In this document: positions 1 to 10,465 of the stretch, piece by piece
Layout: the number at the start of each line of letters is the position of its first letter
How positions within the stretch are numbered: the first letter of the stretch is position 1
Assembly (NCBI GenBank): GCA_963682135.1
Contig: OY821645.1
Span: forward strand, 832,001-896,000
From: Methanothrix sp.
Lineage (GTDB): Archaea > Halobacteriota > Methanosarcinia > Methanotrichales > Methanotrichaceae
DNA: 64,000 bases
Direction of reading: 5' to 3'
Translations under genes and position numbers: made by a program
Notes under the pieces: generated by a model
Databases searched by the model: none
What the model was told of the DNA's origin: nothing
Seen by the model: only the letters and a program-made list of their open reading frames with translations

Positions 1-47
1 AAAATTTGTCCCAACCTATTTATTCCTTATTGGTAAAGGAAGAACTT

Positions 48-1502
48 ATGCCGGACCGCTTCGAAATACTGCATAAAGATCTGGCCGGAAGGATCGGCCG
101 GCTTTCCACAATGCACGGCACCGTCGAGACTCCCGCACTCATGCCTGTGGTCAATCCTCATCTGCCTCTCATCCCGCCAGCAGAGCTACAAGAGATGGGC
201 GCAGATATGATCATCACCAACAGCTACATAATTCACCAGGACCCGACCCTGAAAATTCAGGCAATCGAGCGTGGGCTGCATGATCTCCTGGGATTTTCCG
301 GGCCGATCATGACAGATTCTGGCGCCTTCCAGCTCTCCGTTTACGGGGATATCGATGTCTCCCCTCTGGAGATTTTGAACTTTCAATTCGCCATAAAATC
401 GGACATATCTGTACCACTGGACATACCAACACCCCCTGACGTCAGCATAGAGCGGGCGCAGTCGGAGCTGCAGATAACTGAAGAGCGACTGATGGAAGCC
501 GCAGCCCTGGAAAGATCGGGTCTTCTCGCCTGCCCCATCCAGGGCTCAACCTACCCGGATCTCAGAGAGAAAGCGGGCCGGTTCGCACGAGATCTTGCCT
601 TTGATGTCTATCCAGTGGGCGGCGTGGTTCCGCTCATGGAAGCCTATCGATATCGCGATCTGGTTGATGTTGTGACGGCTGCCAAGAAGGGTTTGGGCTC
701 AGGCCGGCCCGTGCATCTCTTTGGCGCCGGGCACCCCATGATCTTCGCCCTGGCGGCAGCCATGGGCTGCGATCTCTTCGACTCGGCGGCATACGCTCTT
801 TACGCCCGGCAGGACAGGTATCTGACTGTGCACGGAACCGGCAAGCTGGAGGAGATGAGCAATCTTCCCTGCTGCTGCCCCGTCTGCCAGGAGCATACCT
901 TGAAGGAACTTATGGAAAGCCCCCAAAAGACAAGGCTCTTGGCCCGGCATAATCTCTACGTCTCGCTGGCAGAGATGAAGCAGGTTAAGGAGAGCATTCG
1001 CGAGGGCTCGCTGTGGGACCTGCTGGAGACGCGCTGCCGGTCGCATCCGCGCATGCTGGACGGCTTGAAGAGATTGGGCGGCCAAGGCCGCTGGCTGGAG
1101 AGCCTGGACTCTGCCAGCAAGTCCACCTTCTTTTACACCAGTCCACAGGCAGCCAGCCGTCCGGAGGTGATGCGCTATGCGCGAAGGATAGACCGCATCA
1201 GTTTGCAGGGCAATGTCCTGATCACCGACGATCCCCAGGCGGACGCGACCGGCTTTGCGCACGTTTTGCACTTCAAGCCGCCCTTCGGGCCCTATCCGGC
1301 AGAGCTGTCCGAGACCTATCCCTTCAATGCCGAGGTTCCGGAAGAGGCAGATGATGCAGCAATAAAGCAGGCCCTGAAAATCACGAAGGATCTAATCAGG
1401 GCCAATCCGGAGGCGAAGTTTCGCTTCCGGCTGAGAAATAGGGAGCTGGAAGAGCTACTAAGGCAAAAGCAAACGACTACTGGTGCCATTCAAGGTGAAT
1501 AA
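48..1502 (+). CDS. tgtA: Archaeosine tRNA-guanine(15) transglycosylase (ArcTGT), catalytic part without C-terminal PUA domain
   Basis: ETPALMPVVNP, MTDSGAFQ, LDIPT, HLFGAGHP, GCDLFDSAAY and Zn-binding CCCPVC...HNL motifs; ATG at 48 preferred over TTG at 6. Confidence 0.95.
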   Translation: MPDRFEILHKDLAGRIGRLSTMHGTVETPALMPVVNPHLPLIPPAELQEMGADMIITNSYIIHQDPTLKIQAIERGLHDLLGFSGPIMTDSGAFQLSVYGDIDVSPLEILNFQFAIKSDISVPLDIPTPPDVSIERAQSELQITEERLMEAAALERSGLLACPIQGSTYPDLREKAGRFARDLAFDVYPVGGVVPLMEAYRYRDLVDVVTAAKKGLGSGRPVHLFGAGHPMIFALAAAMGCDLFDSAAYALYARQDRYLTVHGTGKLEEMSNLPCCCPVCQEHTLKELMESPQKTRLLARHNLYVSLAEMKQVKESIREGSLWDLLETRCRSHPRMLDGLKRLGGQGRWLESLDSASKSTFFYTSPQAASRPEVMRYARRIDRISLQGNVLITDDPQADATGFAHVLHFKPPFGPYPAELSETYPFNAEVPEEADDAAIKQALKITKDLIRANPEAKFRFRLRNRELEELLRQKQTTTGAIQGE

Positions 1503-1577
1503 GCGGTCCAAAATCCAATGCCGCATCATTCGTCGCCGTAGAAACCTCATTCCACGCCATAACCGTATGAAAAATGT

Positions 1578-1745
1578 TCAAAGTCTGTCTAGAAAAGCAT
1601 CCAGTTCCTTGGCGCTTGTAACTCGTGTTCCATGATCTCGCTTGTACTGCGTCCAAGCTACATCCGTACCCTTCAGGAGAGCTTTGATTTCCTCTTCGGC
1701 CTCTCCGCGAACTGGCATAGCGGTTTTTTTCACGGTCCCAGCCAT
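1578..1745 (-). CDS. Small hypothetical protein (55 aa, MAGTVKKTAMPVRGEAEEEIKALLKG...TSAKELDAFLDRL), antitoxin-like
   Basis: Translated by hand (below the ORF-track cutoff); protein-like composition, acidic amphipathic C-terminal helix. Confidence 0.4.
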   Translation of the reverse strand: MAGTVKKTAMPVRGEAEEEIKALLKGTDVAWTQYKRDHGTRVTSAKELDAFLDRL

Positions 1746-2099
1746 AGATGAGGCATGACAAACTTTGGATAAATAAATTGGCCATAGGCCATTTGCCTCT
1801 ACGTAGTATCACGTCATCATATCATCATAGAAATTTTATGGCACTACCAAGAAAGTAGACTGGCTCATAGAACTTGCGAGTTATACATGTTTGATCATAT
1901 AATTATATCAAATTGGTCAAAATCCTCTTCAGTCTATCTCGCAATTCCATGGTTTATGAAACGCAGGGGATCCACTTGGATTATATCGACTCAAATCTTC
2001 TTTTTATATGATTAAGTTCCCACTGGTAGATGACATGTTGAAGAACACCGCACTAAATCCCGGATCATCTGCATCCATGAAAAGTGAGGCACATCAGCC

Positions 2100-3848
2100 A
2101 TGACCAAGTACTTCGAAGTTCTCCGCCGCGACGGCCCGGCCCGCATGGGAAAACTGCTCACAGAGCCGCAGATCAGCACTCCTGCCCTGATCACAAAGGA
2201 CGATTACGTCTCAGCAGGCAGCGTCTACAGCTATGCTTCAATACAGGATGCTATCAATGCCGCCGAGGCTATGCGGGATCAGAAGAAGCTGGCCATATTG
2301 CCCTTCGTGCCCGCTGCTCTTCGCGTTGAGCCAGCCCTGGAGTTGCCGCCCCTGGAGCTCACCGGCCCCAAGGGCGTAATGGTCCATCCCTTTAGCGCAA
2401 AGGAGCCGGAAAGTGCTGATGTCTATGTGCTGGGCAGCAGCGGCGCCCTGAAGAATCCCAGAGATCTGGTAGCAGCCATAGTGAGCGTTCGAGAGAAGAT
2501 CCCCCCGGACACGGCTCTTTATGCTCCCGCCCTGGCGACGCCTGCCAACCTGGCCCTGCTGGTGTATCTGGGCATCGACCTGCTGGACAGCACCCGCGTC
2601 CTGGCGGACGGCCTGTTGGGCCGCTACCACACCCGCGATGGGGTCTGGAAGGCGGCGGAGCTGGTGGAGCTGCCCTGCTGCTGCGAAAGTTGCCGGAAGA
2701 TGGCAGCGGGCGAGAGGAAGGCAGAGCTGCTTATTGCCCACAATTTTCAGAAGCTGGAAGAAGAGCTGCTCGCAGTTAGGGAGGCGATTCGCTCCGAGAC
2801 CATGCGAGAATACGTCGAGCGGCAGGTGCGGGTGACACCAGAGCAGACGACGGCCCTGCGCCTGCTGGATCAAGAGCACCAGTACCTGGAGAAGAGGACA
2901 CCTCAGATCCGCCGCAGCACCTTTTATGCCAATTGTTCCGAATCCTTGCAGCGGGTGGAGGTCACCCGCTTTGCTGAGAGGGTGATCAACCGCTACAAGG
3001 CACCAGAGAGCGATGTCTTGCTCCTCCTGCCCTGCTCGGCCAAAAAGCCCTACTCATTCTCCCGATCACATCGACTCTTCGCCGAAGCGGTTGGAGGCCA
3101 CCGCCGCTATCTGCATGAGCTGATCTTAACCTCCCCCCTGGCCCTGGTGCCGCGCGAGTTGGAGGAGGCCTATCCTGCCGCCAGCTACGACGTTCCCGTC
3201 ACAGGCCGCTGGGACAGAGAGGAAAGAGCCTGGCTGCAAAGCTGCCTGGAGGCCTACCTCAAGAAGAACAGGTACGATCGGATCGTGGCCCATCTCGATG
3301 GTGAGCTGGAGGCGGCGGTAAAGGACTGTGGCCTTGATGCTACATTTACCGGAGGCGGCACCAACGGCCCGGCCCTGGACCGCCTCAGCGCTGCGGTGGC
3401 GCAGGCCTGCCATGATGCCAGGCGCCTGCCCGATCTGCGCCTCCTGCGCTACCGGGCCCATGCTGATTACTACTTCGGAGAGGGATCCGGCGACCTCCTG
3501 CTGGAAGGAAAGATCATCGTGAAAGGACGGGAGATCCAGGATGAAAAGAAGAGATCCCTGGCGGCGACCACGCCCAGCGGCATGATCGCCCTCTCACTGG
3601 CTGGCGCCGGGCGGCTGGAGCCACTGGGACGCTACATCGTCAAGATCGGCGACTTCCTGCCTAAAGGCTCCTTGCTGGCGCCCGGTGTTGTAGACGCAGA
3701 CGAGCAAATAAGGCCAGGAGATGAGGTCATAATCGTAGGTGAGAAAGCGTTCGGCGTGGGAAGGGCCAAGATGTCCGGCTGGGAGATGAAGGCATCCCGC
3801 CGGGGCGTGGCCGTGGAGATAAGACATATCAAAGGCATTGGGCATTGA
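2100..3848 (+). CDS. arcS: Archaeosine synthase alpha subunit ArcS (TgtA2) with PUA domain
   Basis: TGT-like N-terminus, LLLPCSAKKPYSFSRSH motif, YDVPVTGRW, C-terminal PUA (LAPGVVDADEQIRPGDEV). Confidence 0.92.
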   Translation: MTKYFEVLRRDGPARMGKLLTEPQISTPALITKDDYVSAGSVYSYASIQDAINAAEAMRDQKKLAILPFVPAALRVEPALELPPLELTGPKGVMVHPFSAKEPESADVYVLGSSGALKNPRDLVAAIVSVREKIPPDTALYAPALATPANLALLVYLGIDLLDSTRVLADGLLGRYHTRDGVWKAAELVELPCCCESCRKMAAGERKAELLIAHNFQKLEEELLAVREAIRSETMREYVERQVRVTPEQTTALRLLDQEHQYLEKRTPQIRRSTFYANCSESLQRVEVTRFAERVINRYKAPESDVLLLLPCSAKKPYSFSRSHRLFAEAVGGHRRYLHELILTSPLALVPRELEEAYPAASYDVPVTGRWDREERAWLQSCLEAYLKKNRYDRIVAHLDGELEAAVKDCGLDATFTGGGTNGPALDRLSAAVAQACHDARRLPDLRLLRYRAHADYYFGEGSGDLLLEGKIIVKGREIQDEKKRSLAATTPSGMIALSLAGAGRLEPLGRYIVKIGDFLPKGSLLAPGVVDADEQIRPGDEVIIVGEKAFGVGRAKMSGWEMKASRRGVAVEIRHIKGIGH

Positions 3849-3879
3849 TTTATTTTTAGGGAGATGAAATAGTATACTG

Positions 3880-4755
3880 ATGAATGGCCAAGAAAGCTGC
3901 GCCGGAGAAGAGAAAGATAGAGCTCGACTGCGAACCTTTCGAGAAGTTGTCGAGTTCTATATGATTGATTTTAAAACGCCTCTGGGAAAGGGGATAGACA
4001 TCACCATCATCTTTCTCAACCTCTTGCTGGTGGCCATCTTTGTGATCAATACATACAATACCTCCAGTAGCCTAAAAGAGCAGCTCTGGATTCTTGAGAT
4101 ACTGATCGTTGCCATCTTCATTGTTGAGTATTTTCTCAGGTTTTACGGGGCGCCGAATCGATTGTCTTATGTCAGGGACATTTACAGCATCATAGATCTG
4201 GTGGCCATTATGCCCACCCTCATACTGCTGGCTCTTCCCCCATCCTACTTCATCTATGATATCCGAGTCATCCAGACAATTCGGGTCCTGGCCATATTCC
4301 GTATATTCAGATTCCTGCGCTTCATTTCCCAAAACCATCTGCTATTCGGCACAATAAGCCAGGGAATGATAAACGTCGCCCAGCTCGTGGTGAGCATAAT
4401 CATAATATTCTTTGTATACTCAGGTATATTCTATTTTGTGGAAAGCCCCGTGAACCCGGATGTGCAGAATTTCGGAGACGCATTCTACTTCACGGTGGTT
4501 GCCATATCCACCGTGGGCTTTGGCGATATTGTACCTGTATCTGGAGCAGGGAGGTTTGTTACAGTTGCCATGATTATATCAGGCATAATCCTCATTCCCT
4601 TCCAGGCAGCCAGAATCTTCCGGGCCTGGCTTATGACCGAGCGGGAAAAGAGAGTGCAAATCTGCCCGGGTTGCGGTTTGGACAGACATGACATGGATGC
4701 CAGGTACTGCAAAAAATGCGGAGAAGGTTTGCCTGATGGCGGCAATGGTCAATGA
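3880..4755 (+). CDS. Voltage-gated-type potassium channel (6 TM) with C-terminal zinc ribbon
   Basis: S4 RVLAIFRIFRFLRF, filter TVGFGD, CxxC...CxxC tail. Confidence 0.9.
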   Translation: MNGQESCAGEEKDRARLRTFREVVEFYMIDFKTPLGKGIDITIIFLNLLLVAIFVINTYNTSSSLKEQLWILEILIVAIFIVEYFLRFYGAPNRLSYVRDIYSIIDLVAIMPTLILLALPPSYFIYDIRVIQTIRVLAIFRIFRFLRFISQNHLLFGTISQGMINVAQLVVSIIIIFFVYSGIFYFVESPVNPDVQNFGDAFYFTVVAISTVGFGDIVPVSGAGRFVTVAMIISGIILIPFQAARIFRAWLMTEREKRVQICPGCGLDRHDMDARYCKKCGEGLPDGGNGQ

Positions 4756-4794
4756 GATCCTCCGCAACGATCCTCATAACTCAGAGATTTCACG

Positions 4795-6729
4795 TCACAA
4801 GTTCTCTTTCATCCTCGATCCGCCGGGAGGCAGGAACTGCACCATCTGATCTACAGAAGCGACGGACTTCAGGAATGCTCTGTCCTCCACTTTATCAGAA
4901 AACTGTCGGTAAATCTTCTTTGCCAGGTCCTCGGCATTCAGCTCGCCAGGCTCGATCTCCACCACGGGGTCGGCTCTTGGCTTGACAGCAGAGATCGGCC
5001 CGCCAACGAGAATGCCGTCAGCTATGCCCAGGGCCAGGCCCAGTGGCGTATCTTTAAAGTAAGTGCGCTCCCCGCGAATGACGAAAGCGCCCTTCTTTAG
5101 GAATTCTCCCGACTCCGGTGTCTTGCTGACCTGATCTCCCTTGATCAGATAGCAGTCGGCTGCCACAAGACCGCCCTTCCAGATAGAGGAGTAGCTTACG
5201 GCAAACTGGGCTGCCTCTTGCAAAGTGCTCTCTGGGACGGTTTCCCCTTCCGTCTTGATCACGGTGAGAGGAGCACCGGGAGCGTCCGTATGGAGAACGA
5301 GGTCGCGCCTTTCCATATATTTAGTGTAGATTTCCTCATTAGTATCCGCATCCCTTCCCCCGAGCACCATAAATCCGTCTGAGGAGAAAAACCAGCGGAA
5401 CCTCTCATACCACTTGGGCTTGCGCCTCCTGTAGAAAGAGACGGGACGGGCCTTCTTTGGAGCCGCGGCCTTTCCTGCCCGAAGCTGCTTCGTTATGACC
5501 AGAGCTTCTTTTGCGCCGCTCCCCTTTCGAGCCATCTCCTTGGCCTTCTCGTAGTACCTTTGCGCATTCTGGGGAACAGTCAGGCCGGCATGCAGCTGTA
5601 GCTCCTCGCCCTCCAAAAGGACACGCATCTCGCCCTGACCATCCAAAGAGAGGATGATCTTGGCCTGAGGCAGGCCCGAGACGCTGATCCTCTCCCAGAT
5701 CTGATTGTAAGAAAAGCCTTTGGCTTTGGCATCGGCCACCACGCGCAAAATCTGCTCGACGCTGCCGTAAATCTGGTAGACCAGTTCGCCCTTGCGAATG
5801 AATGCCTTCTCCTGGGTCTCGAACTCCTCGATCGCTTTTTGCTGCACTTCGATCCTGCGATCCAGAGGGTTTTTCTTCCTCTCTTCGTCCCCCTCCTTTT
5901 CTACGAAGAATGCATCAATGGCCTCACTGAAAGTGGCAAAGCGCTTTTCCTCCAGGCCCTCGTAAATCTTGAGAGGCCGGGAGAGGACATCCACCGGCTC
6001 GCCGTTATCGAGAACGATGTGCGGATCGAGAGTGTCATTCAAAAAGACCTCTCGCAGGGCCTCATGAACCCGCTCGATCTCCTCAGGAGACAGATCCGCA
6101 GCGGGCTTATTTTTGTCCACACCTGCTACCAGGCAAACCTCCTCGCCGTAGGTTCCGCCCATGTTCAGTCCTCGCACAATGGATCGAACCAGGTCCTGAC
6201 CGGCGCTGGAAAGCCAGGCTGAAAGCTCTTCTTTGGAAATGGTTCTGGGATCGAGCTGACCGGGATGGTAGAGGTACTTCTCGCCGGCGGCCATTTTGCT
6301 GCCCCGGTAGACCATCTTCTTGAGCATGGAGAGGATCTGCCGGTTCTCGTCGAGCAGAATTATGCTGCCTTTGGGAAAGAGCTCGATAACAAGATAATGA
6401 CGAGAGCCGCTGCGCTCTACCGCGATCTCCAGGACACGGTCCAGGTCATGCTGCAAGATCTCGACAATCCTGCCCCCGGAAATGCGGTTGCGGAGCATAG
6501 TAGGAAACTGGGGCGGTGTTTTGGATATAGGCCGCTGCCCTTTGGTGATATTGACCCTTTTGCCGGCCACGAGGAGCAGATCCAGCCTGCCTTCCGCAGG
6601 GGAGGCTACTGAGAGCCAGATCTTGTCCGAGGACTGCTGGTAGGCCTTGCCCATAAAGCCGCCCAGGATCCTGTCGGATAGCTCCGCAGCCATGGCGGCG
6701 ACGTCCACATTGCTCATCGCCTTCTTCAT
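4795..6729 (-). CDS. rqcH: Ribosome quality-control factor Rqc2/RqcH (NFACT family)
   Basis: DRVLEI...IELF, QNAQRYYEKAK, WYERFRWF...GGRDADTNE, QVSKTPESGEFL..GAFVIRG. Confidence 0.92.
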   Translation of the reverse strand: MKKAMSNVDVAAMAAELSDRILGGFMGKAYQQSSDKIWLSVASPAEGRLDLLLVAGKRVNITKGQRPISKTPPQFPTMLRNRISGGRIVEILQHDLDRVLEIAVERSGSRHYLVIELFPKGSIILLDENRQILSMLKKMVYRGSKMAAGEKYLYHPGQLDPRTISKEELSAWLSSAGQDLVRSIVRGLNMGGTYGEEVCLVAGVDKNKPAADLSPEEIERVHEALREVFLNDTLDPHIVLDNGEPVDVLSRPLKIYEGLEEKRFATFSEAIDAFFVEKEGDEERKKNPLDRRIEVQQKAIEEFETQEKAFIRKGELVYQIYGSVEQILRVVADAKAKGFSYNQIWERISVSGLPQAKIILSLDGQGEMRVLLEGEELQLHAGLTVPQNAQRYYEKAKEMARKGSGAKEALVITKQLRAGKAAAPKKARPVSFYRRRKPKWYERFRWFFSSDGFMVLGGRDADTNEEIYTKYMERRDLVLHTDAPGAPLTVIKTEGETVPESTLQEAAQFAVSYSSIWKGGLVAADCYLIKGDQVSKTPESGEFLKKGAFVIRGERTYFKDTPLGLALGIADGILVGGPISAVKPRADPVVEIEPGELNAEDLAKKIYRQFSDKVEDRAFLKSVASVDQMVQFLPPGGSRMKENL

Positions 6730-6785
6730 GAGAGATGTCTCCTGAGATCAATCGATAAATAGTTGCGGATGGATGGAGGGATGGG

Positions 6786-7253
6786 GTGCTGAGTGTGTCT
6801 GAGGAGACAAGTGAGAAGACCGGGAAGGATACAGGGCAGCGCTTTCTGGTGGATCTGATGCTCATGCGCCTGGGCAGATGGCTGCGGCTTTTGGGACAGG
6901 ATGTCGCCAATCCCCAAGACGAAAGCGACGATAAGCTCCTGCTCCAGGCAAAAAAAGATAGCCGGACTATTATTACCAGGGATAAGAGGCTTTTCCAGGC
7001 TGCTCCAGGCGCAGGCGCATCGTGCCTGCTCATCCGATCTTCGAAAATCGCCGATCAGCTCTTGGAGATGGCAGAAGCAGGCGTGCCCCTGCAGCTTGAT
7101 CCAAAACGGTGCACGGTATGCAATGGCCTTTTTGAAGAGATCGAGTCTCGGCAAGGTAAGAGGTGGCGGTGCCAGGAGTGTGGTAAGCTCTACTGGCAGG
7201 GTGGACATTGGAAAGGGATTAAAAAAAGGCTGGAGGAGCTTCGCTGGCCATGA
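6786..7253 (+). CDS. Mut7-C RNase domain protein (PIN-like plus zinc ribbon)
   Basis: FLVDLML..LGRWLRLLG, IITRD, RCTVCNG...CQECGKLYWQGGHW. Confidence 0.88.
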   Translation: MLSVSEETSEKTGKDTGQRFLVDLMLMRLGRWLRLLGQDVANPQDESDDKLLLQAKKDSRTIITRDKRLFQAAPGAGASCLLIRSSKIADQLLEMAEAGVPLQLDPKRCTVCNGLFEEIESRQGKRWRCQECGKLYWQGGHWKGIKKRLEELRWP

Positions 7254-7331
7254 GAATATCTCATTCCTCCAATGCCAATAGGTAAATTTATATCGTGGTA
7301 TTAAATACCTATCCAGCAGAAATTTAGAGGG

Positions 7332-8294
7332 ATGATAATGTTAATAAAAAAAATAATTTTTATGATCATGGCGATTCTGCTGTTTTTCTCTGTTTCAGAG
7401 TCGGCAGAATATTTAACAGAAGATTTAAAAGTGGCGCTTGTCGGGTATAAAAACGTAAACATAACAGTAGCAATGCCAGAGAGGTATTCTTTTGAGCTTA
7501 TGTGTGCGCGGCAGTTGTCAAGGGATGCGAGGGAGCAAATCCTGACGATGAGAGAGAGAACAAATGCATCTGTCACAGATGCGACTTCTAATGCACTGGA
7601 TTCACTCATTTTGGCTCTTGGGGATACGAATGTCAGTTTACGGCAATTCGCTGCCAAATCTCTTGGCGAAATAAATGATACAAGAGCGGTGGATCCCTTG
7701 ATAGATGCACTCAATGACACGTCCAGAAGCGTGCAGTGTGAGGCTGTTGAGGCTTTGGGGAAAATCGGAGACAAAAGAGCAACATATCCACTGATCTTGC
7801 GCCTGGAAAACTGGCTGCTCGAAAATAAAAAATATAACTATACAATTTATAGCACCTATGAGCATTTTGGGCTAAAAATCGCATTATCTCTTGTTCGGAT
7901 CAGTGACCCAACCGCGATAGAGTTGCTGATCCAGCGCACCAAGAGCGAGGATAAAGATATCCGAGCACTGGCTGCTGCGGTTTTGAGCTCTATGAATGAT
8001 TCAATTGCTGTAGATCCATTAATTGAAAACATGAATTGCAGCGAGAACGATACAAGAGGCTGGTCTGCATTCGTATTGGGACAGATAGGAGATAGAAGAG
8101 CAGTTGAACCATTAATTCTGGCGCTTAATGACACAGATATTTGGGTTCGGGCTAGAGCTGCGGAAGCACTGGGAATGATCGGTGATGAAAGAGCTATTGA
8201 AGCTTTGACTCGATCGTTAAAAGACCGCAGTGAGGTCCAAAAGCAAGCTGAATTTGCACTAAACAAAATTGGAAAGATAAAAGGTATCGCCTGA
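7332..8294 (+). CDS. Secreted HEAT/PBS-lyase repeat protein
   Basis: Signal-like hydrophobic N-terminus; repeated AAxALGxIGDxRAVxPLIxALND units. Confidence 0.88.
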   Translation: MIMLIKKIIFMIMAILLFFSVSESAEYLTEDLKVALVGYKNVNITVAMPERYSFELMCARQLSRDAREQILTMRERTNASVTDATSNALDSLILALGDTNVSLRQFAAKSLGEINDTRAVDPLIDALNDTSRSVQCEAVEALGKIGDKRATYPLILRLENWLLENKKYNYTIYSTYEHFGLKIALSLVRISDPTAIELLIQRTKSEDKDIRALAAAVLSSMNDSIAVDPLIENMNCSENDTRGWSAFVLGQIGDRRAVEPLILALNDTDIWVRARAAEALGMIGDERAIEALTRSLKDRSEVQKQAEFALNKIGKIKGIA

Positions 8295-8431
8295 TAAGCG
8301 ATGATCGGGTAAAAGGCTTTTCCTGGCTGCCAGCGGTGCAAGTGTTCCATGCATGCTTGCCCGCTCTTTGAGATTGGCCGATCAGCTCTCTCTGATGGCC
8401 GAAACCGGTCCACCCATAAGTGGATTTCTAA

Positions 8432-9127
8432 TCAGAAGAGCCACCTCTTGGAAGCCTTCTGCTTCACCGAGACCCGTTCCCTCGTCTTCAGGTAATCGGA
8501 AATTTGCGACTTCGCCGCTCCCACAGACCAGACGTGAGTACCGTTCAGGCAGAATTGGGGTTGATACTGATATTGACTGCCCGGCACAATAAACGGATCG
8601 GCCAGGGTGAGTTCCGAGGGAATGGCATCCAGAGTAGACTCCAGCAGACACCAGCGGCCTGACTCATTCTGGTAGACCACCCAGGCATGGCCGTAAGATC
8701 CGTCCGGGGTGAAGACACTGCCCAAGACGACGCGCACGCAGTGCTCGGAGATGCCGCTGGCCAGAAGAAGAGTGGCAAGCAGAAAAGATGAGTCTTCGCA
8801 GTCGCCTTTGCGCAGGACAAGTGTCTCCTCGGGAAAGAGCCAGAAGTCGTCAAGGCCAAAGGAGCTCTTGTCCGTGACATACTGAACGCAAGTGGCCACA
8901 TAATTCCAGATCTTCCAGGCGCGCAGGTCAAATGTGCCCGCCTCGCGAACCGAGGGAAGACCGATATCTTGCAGGGCCCTCAATATAACCTCACTATTCG
9001 TTGAGGAGAGCCAGGCGCGAATATCGGTGGGAATGTAGAGGCCCGAGTTGCCGATGACCGCTCTCTTGTCCCACATAACCGTATCTCTGAGTATTGCATC
9101 CCCAGCCCAATTAAAGATCGTAGCCAT
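8432..9127 (-). CDS. Transglutaminase-like cysteine peptidase
   Basis: FWLFPEETL..KGDCED, GHAWV, LEST triad pattern; likely start MATIFNW at 9127. Confidence 0.8.
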   Translation of the reverse strand: MATIFNWAGDAILRDTVMWDKRAVIGNSGLYIPTDIRAWLSSTNSEVILRALQDIGLPSVREAGTFDLRAWKIWNYVATCVQYVTDKSSFGLDDFWLFPEETLVLRKGDCEDSSFLLATLLLASGISEHCVRVVLGSVFTPDGSYGHAWVVYQNESGRWCLLESTLDAIPSELTLADPFIVPGSQYQYQPQFCLNGTHVWSVGAAKSQISDYLKTRERVSVKQKASKRWLF

Positions 9128-9229
9128 CCGGAAAACACCCCAAATCAAATATAATAATTTTTGCAAGTTATATTTAAAATTTTGCATCATGTGGTTAACG
9201 CTATATCATTGCAGAGCAATTTTGACTGC

Positions 9230-9577
9230 ATGGCCCGAGATCTGAATGAGAGGGACCTGCAGATTCTGATAAAGCTGGTCCCGGAGATGGAAGTGCTGCA
9301 GAAGAAGGGAATTGAGATTGAGTACATGAACATCCTGCCCCCTGTGGCCAATCACCACTCCCGCAGCGTACAGGAGTTTGAGCAGCGGCTCAAAAAGCTC
9401 CCTGACGAGGACATGCGCTACCTGGCCGACCTGGTCCTGGATGGAACAGAGAATACCGGATGCCTGCGTCCTGATTTTGCCGAAGCCTTCTTTGTGCTGG
9501 CCGGGCAGAGGCTTGGCGAGAGCGTGGCTGACCGACTGCGGGAAGCGTATGAGGAAGGCGGGGAGTGCGGAGGATAA
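9230..9577 (+). CDS. Hypothetical protein
   Basis: Host-like codon usage; probable start MARDLNERD. Confidence 0.7.
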   Translation: MARDLNERDLQILIKLVPEMEVLQKKGIEIEYMNILPPVANHHSRSVQEFEQRLKKLPDEDMRYLADLVLDGTENTGCLRPDFAEAFFVLAGQRLGESVADRLREAYEEGGECGG

Positions 9578-9789
9578 AAATCTGTTGTAATGCCATCGAA
9601 GAGTCCGGTATATCCTGGTCGGGCACCCGCTGGCGTGACGGGGACTGCCGGAGCGCGCAAGTGCTCGAACTCGGGGTACAGGAAAGAAAATCTGGAAGCA
9701 CAGCCAGCCGTCCGGCAGCGGGCCGAGCAGAAGGGAACTGATGGACTGGAGGGCAATCCATCGTGCTCAGGTGGCAGGCACGGTCACAT

Positions 9790-9975
9790 CTATCGCTTGT
9801 AGCTTTCCGATTTTTCCTGGAGCAGCAACTGGACATCCGCATGCATGCTGGAAAGCTTCTTGGTAATGGGGTGTTGCGGCCCGTACTCCTGCTCCGCCAG
9901 CCCTTTGATCCGCCAGATCTCAGAGAGAAGCTTGCCGATCTCCTTCCTTACATAATTGCGATTTTGCTCGGTCAT
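9790..9975 (-). CDS. Small hypothetical helical protein (61 aa)
   Basis: GGAG RBS before ATG; amphipathic helices. Confidence 0.6.
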   Translation of the reverse strand: MTEQNRNYVRKEIGKLLSEIWRIKGLAEQEYGPQHPITKKLSSMHADVQLLLQEKSESYKR

Positions 9976-10102
9976 GACTCCACCAACTCACCTGGGTTTC
10001 AGCTTCTTATATAGCCACTCCCTGTACTGATTCGCCAGCTGCGAGATCCTGTCCGCAATAGTCACCTGCAGCCGGTGGTCCACCTCCGGCATTCCGATGT
10101 TC

Positions 10103-10329
10103 AGCACATTGCGAGTCTTGCCTCATTCACCTTAGGATGCCATCAGGTAGCTATAGGTATTGCAGCCCTTGCATCTCTTCTTGACCTTTTCCATCTGCCA
10201 CATGGGTCATGCTCTCCAGCCTGGCCTGGAACTTGAGGGCCTCGCCCTCTGCCAGGGCTTTGGCATTCCTGGCCAGCTCGCGGGCTTCCTTTTAGAGGAT
10301 CTGACGGCGGTCGCCGAGAGAGGGTGCAT
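10103..10329 (-). pseudogene. Degraded copy of a small basic protein recalled as multicopy in Methanothrix (...ARLE..MWQMEKVK..TYSYxMAS...KTRNV)
   Basis: Manual translation gives EARELARNAKALAEGEALKFQARLES / MWQMEKVKKRCKGCNTYSYLMAS*GE*GKTRNV with stops and frameshifts; family recognised from memory. Confidence 0.55.
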
Positions 10330-10465
10330 GAGTGATGGTTAGATAGAATTGTATTTCAATCTAAACAAAAAGTTATAAGAAGAAGTGCATACAAAATCAG
10401 CTTGTCCATCGGTGGGCTAATGCTATCAAAATCTTGTACCTAAAGGGGGTAAGAAGACGAATCAG

